A DNA stretch of 64,000 nucleotides from Armatimonadota bacterium (GTDB lineage Bacteria; Vulcanimicrobiota; JACPDS01; JBDRKI01). A program made the position numbers and the translations under genes. Within the stretch, counting starts at the first letter, position 1, and each line of letters begins with the position of its first letter. The stretch lies in assembly GCA_043814095.1 (NCBI GenBank), contig JBDRKI010000036.1, positions 42,093 through 106,092 on the forward strand. Reading direction: 5' to 3'. Of the stretch, positions 56,953 through 64,000 are shown in pieces. Under the pieces are notes generated by a model. The model searched no databases and had not been told where the DNA came from. It saw only the letters and a program-made list of their open reading frames with translations.

Positions 56953-57603
56953 ATGGGATTCAGGATAATAGATGCGGCAAAAGAAAAGGTTAAGTTTATA
57001 CCCAAAGAAGCATCCGCCGGTATGAAAACACAGATTAAATTAGATTCTGTTAAAGGAAAGGGCGCAAGGGTGGCTTTAGCTGAGATGCTGAACTTTTTTG
57101 ACAAAGACATAAACGGCACCTTAGAAGGTGATGAATTAAAAGCACTTTATAAAGTAGTGGGGGAGAGCATATCTGTTAAAGAAGTAGCAGATGTACTGAT
57201 TAAGAAATCAACTAAGGGAGAGTTTACTGAAAAACTTCATGCTGTTAGCGCCATGGGCCACCTTGGTACTGTTACGGATGAGGTTGTACCCGCTCTTATT
57301 GATGCCGTAAAAAGGGACAGCGATATTTTATGCTGTGGCGCGGCATCTTCACTTGGAATAATAGGTGAGAAAGCAAGACCTGCAGTCCCGGCACTTGCGG
57401 CTAAACTGAAAGATGAAACAGTAGCCGAGGAAGCATACAGCTCTATAACTTTTGCTCTTGCCGTTATAATCCCGAAAACAAACCGCACTAAGGAAGAAGA
57501 GTCTGCAGTTAAGCTCATTAATGAAATTGCAGGGGATAAAAACCATGTATTTCAAGATTATGCTAAAAAAGCCCAGAAGCTTATGAATCAAAAGAAAAAA
57601 TAG
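56953..57603 (+). CDS. EF-hand + HEAT-repeat protein
   Basis: 216 aa. Canonical EF-hand loop DKDINGTLEGDE. HEAT-like repeats VVPALIDAVKRDSDILCCGAASSLGIIGEKARPAVPALAAKLKDE. Confidence 0.6.
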   Translation: MGFRIIDAAKEKVKFIPKEASAGMKTQIKLDSVKGKGARVALAEMLNFFDKDINGTLEGDELKALYKVVGESISVKEVADVLIKKSTKGEFTEKLHAVSAMGHLGTVTDEVVPALIDAVKRDSDILCCGAASSLGIIGEKARPAVPALAAKLKDETVAEEAYSSITFALAVIIPKTNRTKEEESAVKLINEIAGDKNHVFQDYAKKAQKLMNQKKK

Positions 57604-57612
57604 GGGGAGATT

Positions 57613-58182
57613 ATGTCTTTTCAGATTAGTAATATCAAGTCTGCTTCCTTATACGGCAGTAAAAATGTTCTTAAAAATGATATGGCGGAAAGATATCTTA
57701 ATAAGCTTTTTGTGGCCATGAAGGAGAATAATGAAGAAGAGATATCAGTCTGTATAGAAGGACTTGCTAATTTAGACATCCGTTCACAGAATATTGATCA
57801 CTATATTACTGAATTAGTAAAGTATGAAAATCCCGATATAAGTTCTCTGGCGGCATGGGCAGCAGGCAGGCTCGGGATAAAAGAAGCAGTGCCTGAGCTT
57901 ATAAACATGCTTAAGAATAAAGATGACAATGTTTTTTCCAGTGCAATTATTGCATTAGGGAAGATAGGTGATGAAAGAGCCGTTAACCCTCTTTTATTTT
58001 CTCTTGACAGAAAAAATATGTACCAGGATCAGTTTATATCCATAATTAGGTCGCTGGGAGAGATAGGGTCTAAGAAAGCTCTAAGAACTCTTTTATATAT
58101 ATCAAATGATAAACAGCAGCCTGTAAAAATACAATCAGCCGCTAAAAGTGCGGTTGATAAGATTAAGGAAAACAATAAGTAA
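57613..58182 (+). CDS. HEAT-repeat (PBS-lyase type) protein
   Basis: 189 aa. Repeats EAVPELINMLKNKDDNVFSSAIIALGKIGDERAVNPLLFSL and IIRSLGEIGSKKALRTLL. Confidence 0.65.
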   Translation: MSFQISNIKSASLYGSKNVLKNDMAERYLNKLFVAMKENNEEEISVCIEGLANLDIRSQNIDHYITELVKYENPDISSLAAWAAGRLGIKEAVPELINMLKNKDDNVFSSAIIALGKIGDERAVNPLLFSLDRKNMYQDQFISIIRSLGEIGSKKALRTLLYISNDKQQPVKIQSAAKSAVDKIKENNK

Positions 58183-58191
58183 AAAATTTAT

Positions 58192-59496
58192 TTATTTCCC
58201 CGTCACACTCATATTATTAAACACTATATCGGGGTAAATTCCCCATGCATGTTCAATTGAAGTATTACTTATCTCTGATATATCTTTAAAACATTCATAT
58301 ATGTTTCCTGATACCATGGAATCAACAATTCTTCCCTGTAGTTTGCCGTCTTTTACAAGATATCCCATACCTATGTTTATGGAGAATTCCCCTTGAGTTA
58401 AGTTGCCGCTGTGCCATCCCAGCGCTTGCTTTACAACTATGGCTTCAGGCATATCTTTTATTATATCTTCCAGCGACCGGTTGCCTGGTACCACATAAAT
58501 ATTGGAAGGATAAGGGGCAGGAGGCACTGCTATTCCTCCTCCGTGCATTGTCTTTTTAAATCCGTTCCCTGTGGGCTGGGCATTTAACCTAGAAGAGGTT
58601 CTTAGATCATACAGGAAGTTTTTAAATACCCCGTTTTCAATAATGGGTTTTTTTGATGTAGGTATACCCTCATCATCAAAAGGCATGCTCCCGAAAGCGT
58701 AAGGTATATATGGGTCGTCATTGATGCTTACAGACGGGTGGAAGATTTGCTCGTTAAGCTTATTCATAAGAGGTGTTATCTTTTTCTCTAAAAATTCACC
58801 GCTTACCCCCAGTGCCAGACGGTACAGGAGTCCCCATAAAGCCGTATGCGTGAATATGACAGGCATTTTCTTTGTTCCTACTGTCATGGGTTTTTCGGCT
58901 AAGGCATATTCATTTATGAAGTTATCTATTTCATTGTCTTCAAACTCAAAATAATCACCGCTCATTTTATCTGTATAGATTTTAGCCGCGCCCTGTGTTG
59001 TATTTCCCACAAGCAGGATTTCATAGTAGGTTTTTGCGTAATCTCCGCTAAAGCCGTTTGTGGTAGCCATCTGTATATTACAATTTGTTTTTGATATATA
59101 TAAATCCGCGGGGATGTGTGCGGCTTTGCCTTTTAGTTTGTTTAATATTCCTTTCCCGGTATCTACTAAATCTTTCAGTGAGAGGTTTATCACTTTTTCA
59201 GAATACAGGGATGTTTCGTAGTTTATGTCTTTCTGTTCGGCAAAATGGTATTCTTCCGGTGATGAAAACTGGCTTGTCTGGACCGCTTTATCTACAAGTT
59301 CTTCGGAAAATGAGTTCCCGCAGGTTCTTCCTATTCTTTTGTCTTTTAAAACACGCAGGGAAACTTCTTTATGTATTTTGGATTTTATCTCCTGGATCTG
59401 GTAGTTTTCAAATGATATCGGTATGCTTTCGGTATTAAACACTAAAACTTCAGCTTCATCTGAGGCTTGTTTTGCTTTATTGAGTAAATTTTCCAT
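58192..59496 (-). CDS. pmbA: TldD/PmbA-family protein (PmbA/TldE-like partner)
   Basis: The track ORF starts at 59532. ATG at 59496 follows GGGAGA and removes the overlap with tldD. Family-typical C-terminal GxxxGxxV blocks and no HExxxH. Confidence 0.75.
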   Translation of the reverse strand: MENLLNKAKQASDEAEVLVFNTESIPISFENYQIQEIKSKIHKEVSLRVLKDKRIGRTCGNSFSEELVDKAVQTSQFSSPEEYHFAEQKDINYETSLYSEKVINLSLKDLVDTGKGILNKLKGKAAHIPADLYISKTNCNIQMATTNGFSGDYAKTYYEILLVGNTTQGAAKIYTDKMSGDYFEFEDNEIDNFINEYALAEKPMTVGTKKMPVIFTHTALWGLLYRLALGVSGEFLEKKITPLMNKLNEQIFHPSVSINDDPYIPYAFGSMPFDDEGIPTSKKPIIENGVFKNFLYDLRTSSRLNAQPTGNGFKKTMHGGGIAVPPAPYPSNIYVVPGNRSLEDIIKDMPEAIVVKQALGWHSGNLTQGEFSINIGMGYLVKDGKLQGRIVDSMVSGNIYECFKDISEISNTSIEHAWGIYPDIVFNNMSVTGK

Positions 59497-59525
59497 ATAA
59501 ATCTCCCGGTTTGTTTGATTGATTT

Positions 59526-60890
59526 TTAACATCCGCCCACCGCTACTTTCTCAACACGCACATGGGGTGAGCCGACCCCGCTTTTCCATAGGGTCTGGCC
59601 GCCCTTGCCGCAGCCTCCGCTTTCCGAAAAGGTGAGGTCATCCGCTATGCCGGTTATGTTTTTTAATGTTTCAAATAGATTGCCGCTTAAATTTATATCC
59701 CTTACCATTTTGGTAAGCTTGCCGTCTTCAATCATATAACCGGCTTGGGCTCCGAAAGTGTAAACATCTCCGCCTGTCTGACCGCCTTTTGCTCCTATGA
59801 TGTAGAGCCCGTTTTTTATGTATTTTAAAAGGCGCTCAAAGGTGCTGTTCCCGTTATCTATATAGATATTAGACATCCTTATAATAGGTTCAAACGAGAA
59901 ATTTTCCGCCCTTGCATTTCCCGTTATCGGTTCGCCGAAATTAAGAGCTGTTTTTCTGTTGTGAAGCCGTCCGGATAATACTCCATCTTCTATAAGGTAG
60001 GTTTTCTGTGATGGTACTCCTTCATCATCATATTCATAATAGCCGGGCTTGCCGTATAATGTGCCGTCATCAACAACATTTAAGATCTCAGTCCCGAAGG
60101 TGTCTCCCAGCTTCATTTTGTCTTTAATGGGATTGTTTTCAAGAAGGTCGGCTTCGCTTAAGTGGCCGAAAGCTTCATGTATGAAAACCCCGGCTATCTC
60201 CGGATCCAGAAGAACGGTATATGTTCCGGCGGTTACTTTTTCCGCCTTTAAGAGGTCCTGGGCGAGTTTTATCTGTTTTTTTACTGTATCTTCTCTTTTT
60301 AAAAGAGCTTTATAATCCTGCGATCCGCCCAGGGACAGGCGGACCTGCTGTATTATATCTCCGCTTTTAGCGTATATACTGCCGCCTATATATACTATCA
60401 TCTGCTCCTGTTTTATTCTCGCGCCTTCGCTTGAGAGGAAATATTTATCCCAGAATACTTCTATATATGATAGATCTGTATTAAAGATATTTTCGGAAGA
60501 AAGTATCATATCATTATAATGAGAGAGCAGGTTTTTCTTCTCTTCTAAAGATATTGTTCTCGGATCAATCTCAGCGTCAACATATATTTCATCTTTTACG
60601 GGCTCTGCCGGAGCAAAATTTAATTTTTCCTGCGTGTTTTCAGATACAAGCAGAGAAGATTCTTTCGCGGTATTAAACGAAGACAAGGCCTGTTCGGGTG
60701 TATTGAACGAGGACATCCCCAGCCCGTTTTTATTCAATACCCTTATGAACCCGCCGTGGGTTGATGACTGATTTATGTCTTTTAATTCCTTTCCAGAATA
60801 ATGTATGGAATTTGCCGTTATCTGCTCATACCTTACATCAGAATAATCAACCTCTTTGTTATTTACGATATTTTCAAAAATTTTGTGCAT
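59526..60890 (-). CDS. tldD: TldD-type metalloprotease
   Basis: 454 aa. HEAFGHLSEAD (HExxxH) and a C-terminal GGCGKGGQ block. Confidence 0.82.
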   Translation of the reverse strand: MHKIFENIVNNKEVDYSDVRYEQITANSIHYSGKELKDINQSSTHGGFIRVLNKNGLGMSSFNTPEQALSSFNTAKESSLLVSENTQEKLNFAPAEPVKDEIYVDAEIDPRTISLEEKKNLLSHYNDMILSSENIFNTDLSYIEVFWDKYFLSSEGARIKQEQMIVYIGGSIYAKSGDIIQQVRLSLGGSQDYKALLKREDTVKKQIKLAQDLLKAEKVTAGTYTVLLDPEIAGVFIHEAFGHLSEADLLENNPIKDKMKLGDTFGTEILNVVDDGTLYGKPGYYEYDDEGVPSQKTYLIEDGVLSGRLHNRKTALNFGEPITGNARAENFSFEPIIRMSNIYIDNGNSTFERLLKYIKNGLYIIGAKGGQTGGDVYTFGAQAGYMIEDGKLTKMVRDINLSGNLFETLKNITGIADDLTFSESGGCGKGGQTLWKSGVGSPHVRVEKVAVGGC

Positions 60891-60906
60891 AAGGGCTCCT
60901 TTATTT

Positions 60907-61536
60907 TTATTTTATTCCTACCTTAGGACAGTATTCTTCTAACATACATATACCGCATTCAGGTTTGCGCGCTTTACATATCCGTCTTCCGTGGAGTATA
61001 AGCTGGTGGGGGAGGTCTATCCACGATTTTTCCGGTATTATTTTCATTAAATCCCGCTCAACTTTATCCGCCGTTTTGTTTTTTGAAAAGCCAAGCCGCT
61101 GGGAAAGACGGAGCACATGGGTATCAACAACTATGCCTTCAGTTTTTCCGAAAGAGTTCCCCAGAAGGACATTTGCCGTTTTTCTTGCAACCCCCGGCAG
61201 GGTAATAAGCTCGTCCATATTATCAGGCACGCTCCCGTTAAAATCGGATATTATTTTTTTAGCAGAACCGATTATGTTTTTGGCTTTATTCCTGAAAAAT
61301 CCGGTTGAGCGTATATCTTCTTCCAGTTTATCCTGTTTTGCTTTGGCAAAATCCTTTACGGACGGGTACTTTTTAAATAAACCGGGCGTAACTTTATTTA
61401 CTCTTTCATCGGTGCATTGAGCTGAAAGGATCGTGGCTACAAGCAATTGAAAGGGGTCTTTATGTCTTAGATCTGTTCTTGCGGGCCCGTATTCTTTAGT
61501 CAGTAATTTTAATATTTTATCAATGTTTTTATTCAT
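60907..61536 (-). CDS. nth: endonuclease III (DNA glycosylase/AP lyase)
   Basis: 209 aa. HhH-GPD block LPGVARKTANVLL, catalytic VDTHV region, and [4Fe-4S] ligands CKARKPECGICMLEEYC. Confidence 0.9.
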   Translation of the reverse strand: MNKNIDKILKLLTKEYGPARTDLRHKDPFQLLVATILSAQCTDERVNKVTPGLFKKYPSVKDFAKAKQDKLEEDIRSTGFFRNKAKNIIGSAKKIISDFNGSVPDNMDELITLPGVARKTANVLLGNSFGKTEGIVVDTHVLRLSQRLGFSKNKTADKVERDLMKIIPEKSWIDLPHQLILHGRRICKARKPECGICMLEEYCPKVGIK

Positions 61537-61852
61537 ATATTTTGCTTAAAGCCACCAGTCTTGAATTTAATTTTTTGAAGAACGCCTGATTTTCTTTGCT
61601 GAAATTTCTCCTGAATTCAACCATAATAATGTATATTTTATCATTATGCATCTTATAAATAATCCTGTAACCGGCTTTTCCTATTGAAAAATGATAAGAG
61701 TACATCTTTACTCTTTCAAATTCAATCTCTCTTACCTTATTCTCCGGATCCTTCTGGATCTCAGGCAGGCAATTCCGGTAAACCTCTTTTCTTATCTGGC
61801 TGCCCATCCAGAATAATTCCCATTTAACGGGATTAAGTATTACTATCTCCAT
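61529..61852 (-). CDS. RelE/ParE-superfamily toxin-like protein (orphan)
   Basis: 107 aa. GKAGYRIIYKMHNDKIYIIMVEFRRN resembles the conserved C-terminal core of RelE/ParE/HigB-type toxins. Its 3' end overlaps the nth start by 8 nt. No antitoxin ORF is adjacent. Confidence 0.45.
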   Translation of the reverse strand: MEIVILNPVKWELFWMGSQIRKEVYRNCLPEIQKDPENKVREIEFERVKMYSYHFSIGKAGYRIIYKMHNDKIYIIMVEFRRNFSKENQAFFKKLNSRLVALSKIYE

Positions 61853-61961
61853 CCTTATACCCTTGAAATAAGAAATTTTATAATAAATTCAATTAAATTA
61901 CGGAATTTCCTTTAATGTGGGAATGATAGAAAAAGGAAAGATAAATCAATAATAAAAATAA

Positions 61962-61989
61962 AACAATTCCGGTATATACCGGAATTGTT
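61962..61989 (-). terminator. hairpin terminator downstream of the 62009-62515 gene
   Basis: Perfect 28-nt palindrome AACAATTCCGGTATATACCGGAATTGTT. A T-rich tract follows on the minus strand. Confidence 0.7.
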
Positions 61990-62008
61990 AGTAATGAATC
62001 ATAGCTTT

Positions 62009-62515
62009 TTAAGAATCCAGCATTTTCTTATTCATTTTATGGATTTTGTCTACAGTTGTTTCTAGAGAATTCGAATCTACTTTAACCCATTTAAAAATAT
62101 TTTTATCTCCGGCTGTATTTATATAATTCTCATAATTGGATTCAAAAGAATCGGGGACGGTAATTTTCTTTCCATGCACATTGGTATTTTCTGTAACATT
62201 ATGCTGTTTTCCGTTAATATCTGTTCGGTAATTAATAGTAGAAAAATTGTAGTTTGTAAAGATTGATTCCAGCATATTGTTAAGCTCTGTATCTGTCGCT
62301 ACTCGCGGTTTCTGTTCGCTTGTTTTAGATAGAAGATTTTTTGCTTCTGCGCGACTCATAAATCTGGCATCACTTTGTTTATTTGGGCGAAAAGTAAAAG
62401 CATGAGTTTCGGTATTATAAGAGCAAATTCCCCCTTTTTTATTAGTTAAAGTAATATTATTGTCTTGTTTTGATATGTTTATTTTTTCTTCTTTTGTCGA
62501 TTCTTTTTTGTCCAT
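62009..62515 (-). CDS. hypothetical protein
   Basis: 168 aa, Asn/Lys-rich, no motif recognised. Confidence 0.5.
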   Translation of the reverse strand: MDKKESTKEEKINISKQDNNITLTNKKGGICSYNTETHAFTFRPNKQSDARFMSRAEAKNLLSKTSEQKPRVATDTELNNMLESIFTNYNFSTINYRTDINGKQHNVTENTNVHGKKITVPDSFESNYENYINTAGDKNIFKWVKVDSNSLETTVDKIHKMNKKMLDS

Positions 62516-62537
62516 CTTTCCCGCATATTCGTTATAA

Positions 62538-62759
62538 AAATCTCTTAATATTAGGGTTCTATTAAAATTATGTTCTCAAGAGTGGGCCAAAAATCTTAAA
62601 AAAGCAGAAACGCTTACTCCTTTTGCTATTACAACAAGATATCCGGGCGAAGACGAAAAAGTAACTAAACAGGAAGCTCAGAATGCAATTAAAATAACTG
62701 AGAAGGTAAAACGGGAAGTTATTGATGCATTAACTTGTGAAAGTTTTAAGTTTATGTAA
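62538..62759 (+). pseudogene. 3' remnant of a HEPN-domain (HEPN/MNT toxin-antitoxin type) gene
   Basis: A 73-codon open frame with no start codon. It ends ...LTPFAITTRYPGEDEKVTKQEAQNAIKITEKVKREV..*. The TRYPxxD...eeA pattern matches the C-terminal helix pair of HEPN proteins. The N-terminal part, which would carry Rx4-6H, is missing. Confidence 0.5.
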
Positions 62760-62774
62760 GCCAGTCATTTTTAA

Positions 62775-63191
62775 CTATTCTATTATAAAGCGGTAGCTTT
62801 TTTCTGCCCCGCCATCTTTCTGTTGCTCGTTAAAGATTTCAGTTAAAGAGATCTTATGCTCCGGGTTTTTCTCCGAGAATTCTTCTATAAATTTTTCCAT
62901 ATTACTGTTATCTAAATTACACACGTTGAAAAAAACCAGTTCATATGTTTTTACAATTCCTTTTTCCATAGTGCCCGCATAAAGCCGTCCGTCTGTTATG
63001 TCTCCCATAGAGTTGGGTTTATTCGGATCAATTTTAAAATGCATTAAAAATCCGGTATAAAATTGCTGGGCGAACCCCTTAATGTTGTTGTCTTTAACAA
63101 TTTGATCGGTTTCCAGTATGCGGTGATTTTTTTTATAATAACGTACCGCGCCCGCTGGTGTATTTGCAGAACTGGTTATGGGATCCGGCAT
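62775..63191 (-). CDS. hypothetical protein
   Basis: 138 aa, GGAGGT RBS, no motif recognised. Confidence 0.55.
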   Translation of the reverse strand: MPDPITSSANTPAGAVRYYKKNHRILETDQIVKDNNIKGFAQQFYTGFLMHFKIDPNKPNSMGDITDGRLYAGTMEKGIVKTYELVFFNVCNLDNSNMEKFIEEFSEKNPEHKISLTEIFNEQQKDGGAEKSYRFIIE

Positions 63192-63370
63192 ATATATTAC
63201 CTCCGTGTTTCTCTACTATTATTATACATTCCAGGGGTCAAGTATTACAATCGGTCTTTTGACCTATTTTAATAAGGGATTTTTAAAAAACACTGTAAAA
63301 AAAGGAAAATTTCATTTAACATCTAAAAGTAAATATTTGTATGAGAAAACACATTTTTAAGAGGTGAATT

Positions 63371-63784
63371 ATGAAGACATTAACGGAATATTTGTTATTT
63401 AACACCAAAAAAATAAGGGAATATATAAATATTACGGATGAAGTTGGTCAAATAGTAAGAAAAAGCGGGATTAAAGAGGGCATGGTTCTTGTATCTGCCA
63501 TGCATATAACGGCAGGCGTTTTTGTTAACGATGATGAACAGGGCTTCTTACATGATTTAGATAAATGGCTTGATAAAATTGCTCCTCCCGGACTTCCTTA
63601 TGAGCATCACAGGACAGGGGAGACCAACGGTGATACACATCTTAAAAATATAGTCGTGCACCATCAGGTAATAGTCCCTATAACAAACGGAAAACTTGAT
63701 TTAGGCACCTGGCAGAGAATATTTTACGCAGAATTTGACGGCCAGAGGCAGAAAAGGGTCATAGTTAAGGCAATGGGTGAATAA
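63371..63784 (+). CDS. yjbQ: YjbQ/UPF0047-family protein (secondary thiamine-phosphate synthase-type)
   Basis: 137 aa. [20 protein letters not shown] and [24 protein letters not shown] blocks typical of UPF0047. Confidence 0.8.
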   Translation: MKTLTEYLLFNTKKIREYINITDEVGQIVRKSGIKEGMVLVSAMHITAGVFVNDDEQGFLHDLDKWLDKIAPPGLPYEHHRTGETNGDTHLKNIVVHHQVIVPITNGKLDLGTWQRIFYAEFDGQRQKRVIVKAMGE

Positions 63785-63787
63785 TTA

Positions 63788-64000
63788 TTATATATTCTTT
63801 TCCACAAACCGGCTTAATTCGTTAATATCGGCAAACCCTACAAAACGGTCTGCTTCTTTACCTTCTTTAAAAAGTATAAGACACGGTATAGCGCTTATAT
63901 TATAATTAGCGGGAGTGGCGGGGTTTTCATCACAGTTCACTTTTCCTATAATTAACCTGTCTTCGTATTTTTTTGAAAGTTCGGAAAGAACAGGCGTAAG
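63788..64000 (-). CDS. trxA: thioredoxin (C-terminal 70 codons; N-terminus with the CGPC site lies outside the window)
   Basis: The frame reads LTPVLSELSKKYEDRLIIGKVNCDENPATPANYNISAIPCLILFKEGKEADRFVG.. and aligns with E. coli TrxA ..[47 protein letters not shown].. Confidence 0.8.
   Translation of the reverse strand, partial: LTPVLSELSKKYEDRLIIGKVNCDENPATPANYNISAIPCLILFKEGKEADRFVGFADINELSRFVEKNI

Overview
AT-rich (by eye) chromosomal segment from what looks like an anaerobic, uncultivated-type bacterium with strong GGAGG-type ribosome-binding sites. I cannot assign taxonomy from sequence alone. I support about 55 protein genes, one tRNA-Leu(GAG), several hairpin terminators and one decayed toxin-antitoxin fragment. 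I saw no rRNA, CRISPR array, transposase or integrase. Main blocks: (1) 14.5-24.5 kb, a 12-gene membrane-bound group-4 [NiFe]-hydrogenase operon with three antiporter-like subunits, Mrp-type small subunits, NuoA/B/C/D/H/I-like subunits and a HycI-type maturation protease. (2) 28.2-36.1 kb, a long minus-strand cluster: divergent transketolase-like enzyme, SHMT, tandem-PilZ protein, YgeY-type M20 hydrolase, YgeW-like carbamoyltransferase and carbamate kinase. (3) Housekeeping genes (EF-G, SerRS, dGTPase-like, Mur ligase, Nth, TldD/PmbA, thioredoxin, fused FTCD). (4) Secreted or surface proteins (YVTN and SBBP/IPT propeller lipoproteins, tandem caspase lipoprotein, VIT-vWA, M49, M48, C39-like). 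The most unusual signal is non-coding. A conserved 55-70 nt element built from 11-bp-phased copies of the perfect palindrome TGTTAACA, followed by TGGCAAT/TATAAT/TATGTTAAT-like boxes, occurs four times. Each copy lies directly upstream of, and oriented toward, genes of unknown function: a tandem-caspase lipoprotein, a 186-aa ORFan, a six-gene operon opening with three ORFans followed by a UvrD-type helicase/Cas4-type nuclease, and an EF-hand/HEAT-repeat trio. This looks like an undescribed regulon of mostly uncharacterised genes. All functional calls rest on motifs I recognise by eye; no database search was run.
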